Assembly (NCBI GenBank): GCA_018902915.1
Contig: JAHIPS010000081.1
Location: 1 to 58,357, forward strand
Direction of reading: 5' to 3'
DNA: 58,357 nt
From: Candidatus Omnitrophota bacterium
GTDB taxonomy: Bacteria; Omnitrophota; Gorgyraeia; Gorgyraeales; Gorgyraeaceae
The notes beneath the pieces are model-generated. The model did not search any database. It was not told the DNA's origin and saw only the letters and a program-made list of their open reading frames with translations. Both the position numbers and the translations under genes were made by a program. Shown here in pieces: positions 17,988 through 27,775 of the stretch; position 1 is the first letter of the stretch, and each line of letters starts with the position of its first letter.

Positions 17988-19214
17988 ATGAGTTATGTAA
18001 AAGGATTAAAGTGCAGAGAATGCGGCAGGGAGTTTCCTAAAGAGGCCCTCTATGTATGCGAATATTGCTTTGGGCCATTAGAGGTAGACTATGATTATGA
18101 GAATATAAAGAAAAAGCTGACCAGGCAGGTTATAGAATCCCGACCCAAGAATCTCTGGCGCTACAGAGAGCTCCTGCCTATTGATGGAGAGCCTACTGAC
18201 GGCTTGAAATCAGGGTTTACTCCTTTGATAAGGGCAAGGAATCTGGAAAAGGTGCTCGGTGTAAAAGAGCTTTACTTAAAGGACGACTCTGTAAATCATC
18301 CCACGCTTTCCTTTAAGGATAGAGTGGTTGCAGTCGCCCTTTCAAAGGCGAAGGAGTTCGGCTTTAAGACTGTTGCATGCGCCTCAACAGGAAACCTTGC
18401 AAATTCTGTAGCAGCCCAGTCTGCTGTAGCTGGCCTGGAAAGATTTATATTTATACCAGCTGACCTTGAATCAGGCAAGGTTATAGGCACATTGATTTAT
18501 AATCCTACTCTTATAGCAGTAGAGGGGAATTATGACCAGGTAAACAGGCTCTGTTCAGAGGTTGCAACAAAATATAAGTGGGCATTTGTGAATATAAATA
18601 TAAGGCCTTATTATGCAGAGGGTTCAAAGACATATGGTTATGAGATTGCAGAGCAGTTAGGCTGGAGGACTCCTAAGCATATAATTGTCCCTTGCGCAGG
18701 AGGTTCTCTTATTACAAAGATCTGGAAGGGACTAAAGGAATTTAAAAATTTAGGACTGATAAATAAGGTTGATACTAAGATTTATGCAGCCCAGGCAACT
18801 GGCTGTGCGCCAATTGTTACAGCGATAAAGGAGAATTCTGAGATCATAAAGCCTATCAAGCCCAATACCATTGCCAAATCACTCGCAATAGGAAATCCTG
18901 CTGATGGCATGTATGCTGCTGCGACTGTAAAAGACTCTGGAGGCACTGCCGAAGATGTTACAGATGATGAAATCGTAGAGGCAATAAAGCTTTTGGCAGT
19001 TACAGAAGGTGTATTTACTGAGACAGCAGGAGGCGTGACACTCGGAGTTACAAAGAAACTCATCGAACAGGGAAAGATCCCCAAAGACGAAGCAATAGTC
19101 GTGTGCATAACAGGAAATGGCTTAAAGACACAGGAAGCAGTGGCTAAAAAAATAGGAAGACCTATAAAGATAAAACCAAATATTGCTTCATTTGAAGAAC
19201 ATGTGAAGCTATAA
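17988..19214 (+). CDS. threonine synthase-like PLP enzyme with N-terminal zinc ribbon
   Basis: CRECG...CEYC ribbon and PLP-Lys motif [19 protein letters not shown] lies before ATG 17988. Confidence 0.8.
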   Translation: MSYVKGLKCRECGREFPKEALYVCEYCFGPLEVDYDYENIKKKLTRQVIESRPKNLWRYRELLPIDGEPTDGLKSGFTPLIRARNLEKVLGVKELYLKDDSVNHPTLSFKDRVVAVALSKAKEFGFKTVACASTGNLANSVAAQSAVAGLERFIFIPADLESGKVIGTLIYNPTLIAVEGNYDQVNRLCSEVATKYKWAFVNINIRPYYAEGSKTYGYEIAEQLGWRTPKHIIVPCAGGSLITKIWKGLKEFKNLGLINKVDTKIYAAQATGCAPIVTAIKENSEIIKPIKPNTIAKSLAIGNPADGMYAAATVKDSGGTAEDVTDDEIVEAIKLLAVTEGVFTETAGGVTLGVTKKLIEQGKIPKDEAIVVCITGNGLKTQEAVAKKIGRPIKIKPNIASFEEHVKL

Positions 19215-19224
19215 AGGAGGTAAT

Positions 19225-19506
19225 ATGTCAGTTAAGGTAAGGATACCAACGCCTTTACAGAAACACACGAATAATCAAGGAGAGGTCAGTGCGGATGCCA
19301 CGAATATAAGGAATCTCATCGAGACCCTTGAGAAGAATTTTCCAGGCATTAAAGAGAGGATCTGCGATGAGAGTGGCAATATCCGCAGATTTATCAATAT
19401 CTATGTCAATGAAGAGGATGTGCGGTTTTTGCAAAAAGACGAAACCCCTCTTAAGGATGGCGATGAGGTCTCAATAATTCCAGCAATAGCAGGAGGCAGT
19501 CAATGA
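19225..19506 (+). CDS. CysO/MoaD-like sulfur-carrier protein with C-terminal GG followed by Ser-Gln
   Basis: 93 aa. [11 protein letters not shown]...[14 protein letters not shown]...[15 protein letters not shown] closely parallels what I recall of mycobacterial CysO. Confidence 0.85.
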   Translation: MSVKVRIPTPLQKHTNNQGEVSADATNIRNLIETLEKNFPGIKERICDESGNIRRFINIYVNEEDVRFLQKDETPLKDGDEVSIIPAIAGGSQ

Positions 19507-20333
19507 AACTTACAGATGCGCAGATAGAGCGCTATTCAAGACAATTGATATTGCCTAACATAGGCGGCAAGGGCCAGGAAAAGATTTTAAACGCAAAGGT
19601 CCTGGTGATCGGCGCAGGAGGACTTGGTTCGCCTGCGTCGTTATATCTTGCGTCAGCTGGCGTGGGAAAGATCGGCATTGTGGATTCTGACAAGGTCGAG
19701 GTAAACAATCTCCAGAGACAGATAGTGCATTCCACAAGTACTGTTGGGAAGCCAAAGGTAGATTCTGCAAAAGAAAGACTCAATGCAATAAATCCCGAGA
19801 TAGAGATAGTGCCTTTCAATCTACGGCTAACCTCTGCCAATATCATGGACATCATAAAGGACTATGATATTGTCGTGGATGGCTCTGATAATTTTCCGAC
19901 GAGGTTTCTTGTAAATGACGCATGTGTTCTGGCTAAGAAGCCTCTTTCGCACGGCGGCATATTCAGGTTTGACGGCCAGGCAATTACAATCTTGCCAGGT
20001 GAAAGTGCATGCTACAGGTGTCTTTTTCCTGAGCCGCCTCCGCCAGGCCTTGTTCCGAGCTGTCAGGAGGCAGGCATATTAGGTGTAGTTGCTGGGATAA
20101 TAGGGACTATCCAGGCAAACGAGGTATTGAAATATATACTGAAAACAGGGGATCTTTTGACAGGAAGATTATTGGTGTTTAACGCGCTGGATTCGAGCTT
20201 CAGGCAGGTCAAGGTCCCTAAGGATCCGAATTGTCCGGTATGCGGCAAGAATCCGACTGTTACAGAATTGATAGATTATGAACAATTCTGTCAAGTGAAA
20301 CCCAGGTCCGCCGCAGGCGGATCTGATGGCTGA
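19503..20333 (+). CDS. MoeB/ThiF/HesA-family adenylyltransferase (E1-like), no rhodanese domain
   Basis: [12 protein letters not shown] and a CxxC...CPVC Zn site. The C-terminal tail [11 protein letters not shown] is encoded by a hairpin repeat. Confidence 0.85.
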   Translation: MKLTDAQIERYSRQLILPNIGGKGQEKILNAKVLVIGAGGLGSPASLYLASAGVGKIGIVDSDKVEVNNLQRQIVHSTSTVGKPKVDSAKERLNAINPEIEIVPFNLRLTSANIMDIIKDYDIVVDGSDNFPTRFLVNDACVLAKKPLSHGGIFRFDGQAITILPGESACYRCLFPEPPPPGLVPSCQEAGILGVVAGIIGTIQANEVLKYILKTGDLLTGRLLVFNALDSSFRQVKVPKDPNCPVCGKNPTVTELIDYEQFCQVKPRSAAGGSDG

Positions 20334-20339
20334 ACTTGT

Positions 20340-20448
20340 CCCCCCTGTTTTCTTTGTTTTCATCCCTAGAAATCGCGAATGCGATTTCAGGGATTAAATC
20401 CCGGAAATTCTCCGAATTTCACGGGACAAAGAAAACAAAGAAGGGGGG
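20340..20448. repeat. C6...G6 nested-hairpin element, copy A (outer stem plus two internal hairpins)
   Basis: C6 at 20340-20345 and G6 at 20443-20448. The outer stem TGTTTTCTTTGT/ACAAAGAAAACA is 12 bp. The inner hairpins are at 20364-20392 and 20400-20425. Confidence 0.85.
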
Positions 20449-20545
20449 ATAATTCGCACCTTCATAGAAGTTAACCAGAGAAGATGTAGTTACGAAAATC
20501 AAAGATTTTCATAACTACAGTGCTCATTAAAAAAAGGAGGAGGAC

Positions 20546-20785
20546 ATGCCAAAACTCATTGTACATCTAATATATCCACAGAAATTAATCAAAGAACCTG
20601 TAATCTACACCATGGCTAAAAAATATGATGTAATCCCGAATATCAGAAGGGCCAAGGTCACAGAGGAAATAGGCGAGATGACACTGGAACTCAACGGCAC
20701 AAAGGAAAACCTTGAGGCCGGCAGAAAGTATTTAGAAAAGACAGGAGTCAAAGTCGAACCAGTCGTAGGAGATATTGTTGAATAA
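20546..20785 (+). CDS. NIL-domain protein
   Basis: 79 aa resembling the MetN C-terminal NIL domain (IVHLIYPQKLIKEPVIY...ANIRRAKV-like pattern). Strong AGGAGGAGG RBS. Confidence 0.65.
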   Translation: MPKLIVHLIYPQKLIKEPVIYTMAKKYDVIPNIRRAKVTEEIGEMTLELNGTKENLEAGRKYLEKTGVKVEPVVGDIVE

Positions 20786-21707
20786 GAGAAAATTGTTGTT
20801 AGGTTGTTTTATTTTTTTAGCGGGAATCTCTTTTGTCGGTTGCAACCGCATGGAAAGCCTGGAGAAGATAGATCTAAGCGATACGGTAGAGTTAGAAGAG
20901 ATAAAATCCCTTCAAAGGCCTGAGATTAATATATGCGTAGGCTCTATGATTACGCCAGAAGAAGGCTACGCATATTACAAGAGACTGCTGGATTATATCG
21001 GGCAGAAACTGCACCTGAAAATAAATTTTGTTGAAAAAAGGACTTATAGAGAAGTGAACTCTTCTTTAAAAAATGGCAATATTGATGTGGCATTTGTATG
21101 TGGCGGGCCGTATGTAATGGGTCATGATGAGTTTGGCTTGGAACTTTTAACTGCTCCAGTGGTAAATGGCAAGCCATTATATTACTCTTATGTTATTGTT
21201 GGAAAGGACAGTAAGATTAATGACCTTCATGGATTAAAGGGAAAGACATTTGCCTTTGTGGACCCGATATCCAATACAGGCAAATTGATCCCTACCTATA
21301 TGTTATATGAATTAGGAGAGACCCCTCAGAGTTTTTTCAAGGAATACTCGTATACCTATGGCCATGACAGATCAATCAAGGCCGTGGCTCAGGGCATAGT
21401 TAATGGGGCAGCTGTTGACAGTCTTATATGGGACTATATGGATAAAAATGGCAGCATCTATACCCAAAAGACAAGTATAATCAAGGTTTCCGAGCCCTAT
21501 GGTATTCCTCCGGTAGTGGTGCGGCCAGGGCTGGATGAGGGCCTAAAAGCAAAAATAAAAGATATTCTGTTGAATATGCATAATAACGAAGAAGGAAAAG
21601 AGATACTTAAGGGCATGTTCATTGATAGATTCATCGAGATAGACGATTCCAGCTATGATACAATAAGACACGTCAGGGAGAGTGTTATAAAAAGAGATCC
21701 TGATTAG
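20775..21707 (+). CDS. PhnD-like (phosphate/phosphonate-type) periplasmic binding lipoprotein
   Basis: TTG start, lipobox FVGC, and PhnD-like GNIDVAFVCGGPYV and FAFVDPISNTG. Confidence 0.7.
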   Translation: MLNKRKLLLGCFIFLAGISFVGCNRMESLEKIDLSDTVELEEIKSLQRPEINICVGSMITPEEGYAYYKRLLDYIGQKLHLKINFVEKRTYREVNSSLKNGNIDVAFVCGGPYVMGHDEFGLELLTAPVVNGKPLYYSYVIVGKDSKINDLHGLKGKTFAFVDPISNTGKLIPTYMLYELGETPQSFFKEYSYTYGHDRSIKAVAQGIVNGAAVDSLIWDYMDKNGSIYTQKTSIIKVSEPYGIPPVVVRPGLDEGLKAKIKDILLNMHNNEEGKEILKGMFIDRFIEIDDSSYDTIRHVRESVIKRDPD

Positions 21708-21716
21708 AGGTAACTT

Positions 21717-23072
21717 GTGAAGAGCATACGGTCAAAACTTATTTTCTGGGTCGCGGTATTGTTTATATTTATAGGCCTGTCTATATATCTGCCTCTTTCG
21801 ATCATACTGCCGGAGAAAATTACGTCCCAGGTCATTAAAAGGGATGTGGATATTGCGAAATTCCTCTCCAATGAAACGAAGAGTCTTTTGCTACTCGACG
21901 ACAAAATTGCACTTTCAATACTCCTGCATGATAATCTGGATAGATTAGAGGATGTGCAGTATTTATTTGTTCGCGGTCCTGAGGAAAAAATAATATCCCA
22001 TACATTTAATAAAGGATTTCCAAAAGGACTTTTGTCATTTAATCCAGGTTCATATCCGCATAGCGTGAAAGGGTTTTTAAGCAATAACAGGCGTCTTTAC
22101 GACATAGCTATACCGATATTAGAAGGAGAGCTGGGAACCCTTCATATGGGCATTTCTTTAGAGTCTGGCAAAAAGGATATCGCGGAGATTGCAAAGATAA
22201 ATTATTATGTAGCGATTGTTATTCTTATAGGTCTAGGCATAGGCATCGTTGTATTTTTAATCATAGGGATTTTATTTTCAAACCAGATCATAAGATTGAA
22301 AAACTTCGCTTCCAGGATCGGAGGCGGGGATTTAGAGGCAAAGATCGACATAAAATCAAAGGACGAGATAGGGGAATTGACAACGGCATTTAATGAAATG
22401 GTCGGGCACTTAAAGGAGAACATACAGGAAATCAAGAGACTAAATACAGTGGAAGAACGTAACAGGATCGCCCTTGACCTGCACGATGGTTGCGCGCAGG
22501 ACCTGGCCAATATTATAAAAAGGATCGAGCTCAGCGAGAGACTTTATAAGATCGACCCTGCGAAGGCTATCGAGGAGCTGGCGTTATTAAGAGAAAGCAC
22601 AAAGGACCTTTTAAACAGGACGCGTCAGGTGATATTTGATCTCAAGTCGCCAGAAGAGACAGATTTTAATATAGTGGATAATTTAAATAGTTATCTCATA
22701 GAGTATAAGAAAAGTAACAACATAGATGTTAATCTAAATATCTCCGGCTCAATAGATGGTATCGTGAACAAAAAATCAGTTTTTTATATCATTCGAGAGG
22801 CGCTTGCCAATGTAAAGAAGCATAGCATGGCAAGAAAAGTGGACCTGAGTTTAGTGGCAAATAATGGCAGCAACCTAAAGATATTTATCAAGGATGACGG
22901 AAAGGGTTTTAATGTAAATCGCACAGAACTATCTGGTTCAAGTTCTGGCAAGTGGGGCCTTGCAGGTATGCGCCAGAGGGCAAGTTCTTTAGGCGGGACA
23001 TTTGTTATTGAGTCTGTACCCGAACAAGGTACAATGGTTTCTATAGATATCCCTCTTAAGGAGAGGAGTTAG
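21717..23072 (+). CDS. sensor histidine kinase (periplasmic domain-TM-HAMP-HisKA_3-HATPase)
   Basis: GTG start. H-box LDLHDGCAQDL, N-box REALANVKKHS, DDGKGF, and GLAGMRQRASSLGG. Confidence 0.85.
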   Translation: MKSIRSKLIFWVAVLFIFIGLSIYLPLSIILPEKITSQVIKRDVDIAKFLSNETKSLLLLDDKIALSILLHDNLDRLEDVQYLFVRGPEEKIISHTFNKGFPKGLLSFNPGSYPHSVKGFLSNNRRLYDIAIPILEGELGTLHMGISLESGKKDIAEIAKINYYVAIVILIGLGIGIVVFLIIGILFSNQIIRLKNFASRIGGGDLEAKIDIKSKDEIGELTTAFNEMVGHLKENIQEIKRLNTVEERNRIALDLHDGCAQDLANIIKRIELSERLYKIDPAKAIEELALLRESTKDLLNRTRQVIFDLKSPEETDFNIVDNLNSYLIEYKKSNNIDVNLNISGSIDGIVNKKSVFYIIREALANVKKHSMARKVDLSLVANNGSNLKIFIKDDGKGFNVNRTELSGSSSGKWGLAGMRQRASSLGGTFVIESVPEQGTMVSIDIPLKERS

Positions 23073-23074
23073 AT

Positions 23075-23728
23075 ATGTCAGATACTATAAGAGTATTTTT
23101 GTGCGATGATCATACGTTGTTTCGGCAGGGCATAAGGAAACTATTAACATTAGAAAATGATATCAAGGTAGTAGGCGAAGCAGATAATGGTCTGGATATG
23201 ATCCCGATGCTGAAGAAAAAAGGGCCTGATGTGATACTGCTGGATATTGGCATGCCTAAAATGGATGGGGTTACTGCTACCTATAAGGTTAAAAAACTCA
23301 TGCCGCATTTGGAAATCATCATCCTCACGGTGTATGAAGACGAGCCGCACATCTTTGAGGCAATTAAGGCAGGCGCAAAGGGATATTTATTAAAGGACGT
23401 TTCCATAGATGACCTTTTAAAGGCGATCCGCAGGGTCTATAAAGGCGAGGCCTTGATTCAGCCTGTAATAGCAGCCAAGGTCTTAAAAGAGTTTGCCATG
23501 CTTGATAAGAGGAAGATAAAAGAAGGCGACAGGTTTTATAACGAGCTGACAGAAAGAGAAAAAGAGATCCTGCGCTTGATCGCACTGGGAGGAGCCAATA
23601 AAGAAATAGCCAAAAAACTCGGAATCGTAGAAAAGACTGTAAAAAACCATATTTCTAATATCTTTCAAACCCTCCATGTCAATAACCGCACCAAGGCCGC
23701 CCTGTACGTCATAGACAAGAAGCTATAG
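23075..23728 (+). CDS. NarL/FixJ-family response regulator
   Basis: Receiver domain (LCDDH...DIGMPKMDG) plus LuxR HTH (LTEREKEILRLIALGGANKEIAKKLGIVEKTVKNHISNIF). Confidence 0.9.
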   Translation: MSDTIRVFLCDDHTLFRQGIRKLLTLENDIKVVGEADNGLDMIPMLKKKGPDVILLDIGMPKMDGVTATYKVKKLMPHLEIIILTVYEDEPHIFEAIKAGAKGYLLKDVSIDDLLKAIRRVYKGEALIQPVIAAKVLKEFAMLDKRKIKEGDRFYNELTEREKEILRLIALGGANKEIAKKLGIVEKTVKNHISNIFQTLHVNNRTKAALYVIDKKL

Positions 23729-23857
23729 GACTAAAGTCCCAGAGGAAGCTAGGTCTTTATATTTTGGCTAAATGGGACCTTTGCCTCTTGTTGGTATTCT
23801 TTATATATATACAATATAGCTAATATTCCTATTTTATATTAGGGAGAGTAGTGTTTC

Positions 23858-24511
23858 ATGAAGTGGTTTATCTCACATAATACAATACGATCATCTTTTC
23901 AACTAACACTTGAGAAAGAGTGTGGCGAGAAAGTCAGCCACTGTTATCAGTGCGGCAAGTGCTCTGCAGGATGTCCTATTGCTTTCCAGATGGATTATCT
24001 CCCAAACCAGATTATACGAATGACCCAGCTCGGCATGGAACAACAGGTACTGTCCAGCAGGACCATATGGCTTTGTGCATCATGTCTTACCTGCACTGTC
24101 AGATGCCCTCGCGAGATAGATATAGCAGAGATAATGGATTATCTAAGGCGGCAGGCGTATAAAAAAGGCATTATCCCTGTGGAAGAGACCGAGATACCTC
24201 TTTTCAATAAGATTTTTTTGAGAAATATCGAACTTTTTGGGAGACTTTATGAGATGGGCCTGATAGGCATGTTTAATATGTTGAGCGGGGAGTTTTTTAA
24301 AGACGTGTTTCTGGCCCCAAAGATGTTTCTTAAACAAAAGATCAGTATCTTCCCTCCAAGGGTTAAAAACATAAAAGAGACAAGGGCTATTTTTAAAAGA
24401 TCAGGAAAATTAGGCAAGGCGCACAGAGACAAGCTTCTTAATCCAAGGCTTTTATTTTTGAATCTATCCAGAAAGATCATAGGAAAGATAGCTAAGCGAG
24501 ATAATTCATGA
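23858..24511 (+). CDS. hdrC: heterodisulfide reductase subunit C-like
   Basis: CYQCGKCSAGCP and CASCLTCTVRCP. Confidence 0.8.
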   Translation: MKWFISHNTIRSSFQLTLEKECGEKVSHCYQCGKCSAGCPIAFQMDYLPNQIIRMTQLGMEQQVLSSRTIWLCASCLTCTVRCPREIDIAEIMDYLRRQAYKKGIIPVEETEIPLFNKIFLRNIELFGRLYEMGLIGMFNMLSGEFFKDVFLAPKMFLKQKISIFPPRVKNIKETRAIFKRSGKLGKAHRDKLLNPRLLFLNLSRKIIGKIAKRDNS

Positions 24512-25389
24512 AATACGCGTATTTTCCAGGATGTTCACTTCATTCAACCGCAAAAGAGTACGACCTGTCTACTAAAGAAGTAGCCAGGGCCCTTGGTATC
24601 GAGCTTATAGAAATCCCTGATTGGATATGCTGTGGCGCCACACCTGCCCATATCACAATGCACCTTTTATCATTGGCCCTTCCGGTAAAAAATCTCCTTA
24701 AGGCAAAAGAGATGGATTCATTTGAGGTAGTCACTTGCTGCGCCGCCTGTTTTAGCCGCCTTAAAATAGCCAATCACTTTATGCAAAATGATAACAAGCA
24801 TAGAAAAAATGTCGAAGAGATAGTAGGCGAGCCTTATAAGGGTGAGGTCAAGGTAAGGCATTTCTTGGATGTTTTGATAAATGTTTTTGGATTAAAAAAC
24901 CTGACCGAGAGGGTGACTAATAAATTGAGCGGCCTAAAGGTGGCGTGTTATTATGGATGCCTTTTAACCAGGCCCCCGGAGATTACACAGCTTGATGATC
25001 TTGAAGAGCCGCATCTCATGGACGATTTAATGAAGGTATTAGATGCCGAGCCAGTAAAGTGGCCGTATAAGACAGAATGCTGCGGCGCGAGTTTCTCACT
25101 TACAAAGACAGATATAGTGCTTAAATTATCCGGGGACATACTGCAGATGGCCCATGATGAAGGCGCACAGGCAATAGTAGTGGCTTGTCCTTTGTGCCAG
25201 TCAAATCTGGATTTAAGACAGGCAGCAATAAAGAAAAAATACAAGAAAGATTTTAATATACCGATTCTTTATTTTACACAACTTGTGGGGCTGAGTTTAG
25301 GTATTGAGCCGAAAAAATTAGGACTAGATAAGCATATCGTCAACCCTCTTCCATTGCTGAAGGAGAGAAAGGTCTTGGTCGATAAATAG
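24508..25389 (+). CDS. hdrB: heterodisulfide reductase subunit B-like (two CCG domains)
   Basis: YFPGCS, WICCGAT, TCCAACF, ECCGASF and ACPLCQSNLD. Confidence 0.85.
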   Translation: MKYAYFPGCSLHSTAKEYDLSTKEVARALGIELIEIPDWICCGATPAHITMHLLSLALPVKNLLKAKEMDSFEVVTCCAACFSRLKIANHFMQNDNKHRKNVEEIVGEPYKGEVKVRHFLDVLINVFGLKNLTERVTNKLSGLKVACYYGCLLTRPPEITQLDDLEEPHLMDDLMKVLDAEPVKWPYKTECCGASFSLTKTDIVLKLSGDILQMAHDEGAQAIVVACPLCQSNLDLRQAAIKKKYKKDFNIPILYFTQLVGLSLGIEPKKLGLDKHIVNPLPLLKERKVLVDK

Positions 25390-25391
25390 CC

Positions 25392-27356
25392 ATGAAAATA
25401 GGAGTATTTGTCTGCCATTGCGGAACTAATATTGCCGGCACTGTTGATGTAGAGCGCGTTAGCCAAGCTGCCTCTAAGTTTCCAAAGGTCAAGCACTCTG
25501 CTTCGTATAAATACATGTGTTCCAACCCTGGCCAGAATCTGGTAAAGGACGCTATTAAGAAACATAAATTAGACAGGATCGTCATTGCCTCTTGTAGTCC
25601 CAGCCTTCACGAAAAGACCTTTAGAAAGTGTGTAGAAGCAGCCGGGATAAATCCATATTTGATAGAGATGGCCAATATCAGGGAGCATTGTTCATGGGTC
25701 CACAAGGATAGAGAAAAGGCTACTCAGAAGGCGATAGAGCTTACAAGGCTCGCAGTTTCCAAGGTTTCACGAAACAAGCCGTTAGAAAAGACTTATACCA
25801 CGATAGAAAAAAAGGTTTTGATTATAGGAGGAGGTATTTCCGGGATTCAGGCGGCAATAGATATCGCGTTTGCAAATTATCCGGCTGTCATAGTAGAAAG
25901 AGAGCCTTCTATCGGCGGCAGGATGGCGCGTTTTGATAAGACCTTCCCGACGCTTGACTGCGCTGCCTGTATTTTAACTCCAAAGATGGTAACTGTTTCT
26001 CAGAGCGAACATGTCACCATGCACACCTATTCTGAAATAGAAGAAGTCTCAGGCTTCGTAGGAAATTTTACCGTAAAGATCAGGAAAAAGGCGCGGTCAG
26101 TCGATATTAATAAATGCACTGGCTGCGGCGCCTGTTACAATAAGTGTCCTGTCAAGGTCCCCTCAGAATTTGACATGGGACTTGGTAAGAGAAAGGCTAT
26201 TTACACCCCTTTTCCCCAGGCTGTTCCCAATGTACCTGTTATAGACCGTGAGAATTGTTTGTATTTCAAGACAAAAAAATGCGGCATCTGTAAAAAGATC
26301 TGTACGGTCGGCGCGATAGATTATGATATGAAAGACGAGGTTATAGAAGAGAAATTCGGCGCGATTATTGTAGCAACTGGCTTTAACCAGTTTGACCATT
26401 CAGTTTATGGTGAATACGGCTATGGTAAACATAAGGATATGATAACAGGACTGCATTTTGAGCGCATGGTAAATTCCTCTGGACCAACAGGCGGCAAGAT
26501 CATCAGGCCTTCTGACGGAAAGGAAGTGCGCGACGTTGTTTTTATTCAATGCGTTGGCTCGCGCGATGAACAGAAGGGCCTTCCTTATTGTTCAAGGCTA
26601 TGCTGTATGTACACGGCAAAACACGCGCTTCTTTTAAGAGAGCATAATAAGGATAGCCAGGCCTATGTCTTTTATATCGACATAAGGGCAGCAGGCAAAA
26701 ATTATGAGGAATTTGTAAAAAAGGTCCAGGACGAGTATGGCGCGATATATTTAAGAGGAAGGGTCTCGCGCATATTTGAGAAGGGCGGAAAGCTTATTGT
26801 AAGGGGAGCTGACACATTAAGCGGCGCGCAGATCGAGATAAAGGCGGATTTAGTGGTTCTGGCAACAGGATTGGTTGCGCAAAAGGATGCACCAAGCTTA
26901 GCGCAGATGCTGCATATACCGTATGATAAGAATAATTTGTTCACAGAGGCGCATCCAAAGCTTGCGCCTGTCGAGACAATAACAAGCGGGATATTTTTGA
27001 CAGGGGCGTGCCAGTCGCCAAAAGATATTCCAGATACAGTGGCTACTGCGTCAGCTGCGTCAGTCAAGGCCCTGGGTCTAATGGTGCAGGATAAGCTGGC
27101 AAGAGAGCCCTTGATCGCCAGTGTCAATCAGGATCTATGCTCTGGGTGCCTGGCTTGTCTAAAGGCATGCCCATTTAGCGCAATAGAAGAAGACGAGATC
27201 GAGGATCGCAAGCTCAGGAGAAAAAGAACAGTTGCAAAGGTGCGTGAAGCTGTTTGCACAGGCTGCGGCAACTGTACAGCTGTTTGCAGGATGGCTGCTA
27301 TAGATCTAGAGGGATTTACTAACACTCAGATTATGGAAGAGGTAGAAACATTATGA
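25392..27356 (+). CDS. hdrA: heterodisulfide reductase subunit A-like flavoprotein
   Basis: GGGISGIQAA FAD motif, FIQCVGSRD, several CxxCxxCxxxCP clusters and the N-terminal VCHCGTNI. Confidence 0.9.
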   Translation: MKIGVFVCHCGTNIAGTVDVERVSQAASKFPKVKHSASYKYMCSNPGQNLVKDAIKKHKLDRIVIASCSPSLHEKTFRKCVEAAGINPYLIEMANIREHCSWVHKDREKATQKAIELTRLAVSKVSRNKPLEKTYTTIEKKVLIIGGGISGIQAAIDIAFANYPAVIVEREPSIGGRMARFDKTFPTLDCAACILTPKMVTVSQSEHVTMHTYSEIEEVSGFVGNFTVKIRKKARSVDINKCTGCGACYNKCPVKVPSEFDMGLGKRKAIYTPFPQAVPNVPVIDRENCLYFKTKKCGICKKICTVGAIDYDMKDEVIEEKFGAIIVATGFNQFDHSVYGEYGYGKHKDMITGLHFERMVNSSGPTGGKIIRPSDGKEVRDVVFIQCVGSRDEQKGLPYCSRLCCMYTAKHALLLREHNKDSQAYVFYIDIRAAGKNYEEFVKKVQDEYGAIYLRGRVSRIFEKGGKLIVRGADTLSGAQIEIKADLVVLATGLVAQKDAPSLAQMLHIPYDKNNLFTEAHPKLAPVETITSGIFLTGACQSPKDIPDTVATASAASVKALGLMVQDKLAREPLIASVNQDLCSGCLACLKACPFSAIEEDEIEDRKLRRKRTVAKVREAVCTGCGNCTAVCRMAAIDLEGFTNTQIMEEVETL

Positions 27357-27775
27357 GTGAGTGGGAACCGAAGATAGTAGGCTTTCTCTGTAATTGGTGT
27401 AGCTATGCTGGAGCGGATTTAGCCGGGACCTCCAGGCTTGAATATCCGCCTAATATAAGGATTATCAGGCTCCCCTGTTCAGGCAGGGTCAACCCTTTAT
27501 TTATCTTAAAGTGTCTTTCCAATGGCGCTGACGGGGTATTGATATCCGGCTGTCATATTGGTGACTGTCACTATTCAGAGGGAAATTTTTACGCGCGCAG
27601 GAGATTTGCAGTCTTAAAGAAACTTTTGGAATATCTGGGCATAGACCCGAGGAGATTCCAGATGTCATGGGTATCTGCTTCTGAAGGCGACAAATGGGCA
27701 AGACTCGTGACAGAATTAGTAGAAGAGATCAAACAGGCCGGGCCAAACAAGGATTTCGTTAGGAAAAATGATTGA
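27353..27775 (+). CDS. mvhD: MvhD/FlxD-type [2Fe-2S] subunit
   Basis: FLCNWCSYAGADLAG, RLPCSGRV and SGCHIGDCHY. Confidence 0.85.
   Translation: MSEWEPKIVGFLCNWCSYAGADLAGTSRLEYPPNIRIIRLPCSGRVNPLFILKCLSNGADGVLISGCHIGDCHYSEGNFYARRRFAVLKKLLEYLGIDPRRFQMSWVSASEGDKWARLVTELVEEIKQAGPNKDFVRKND

Noticed and set aside
20340-20448. Integron attC sites as an explanation for the gene-distal structured repeats
   Set aside because: There are no GTTRRRY/RYYYAAC core sites and no integrase. The flanking genes are operon members rather than promoterless cassettes.
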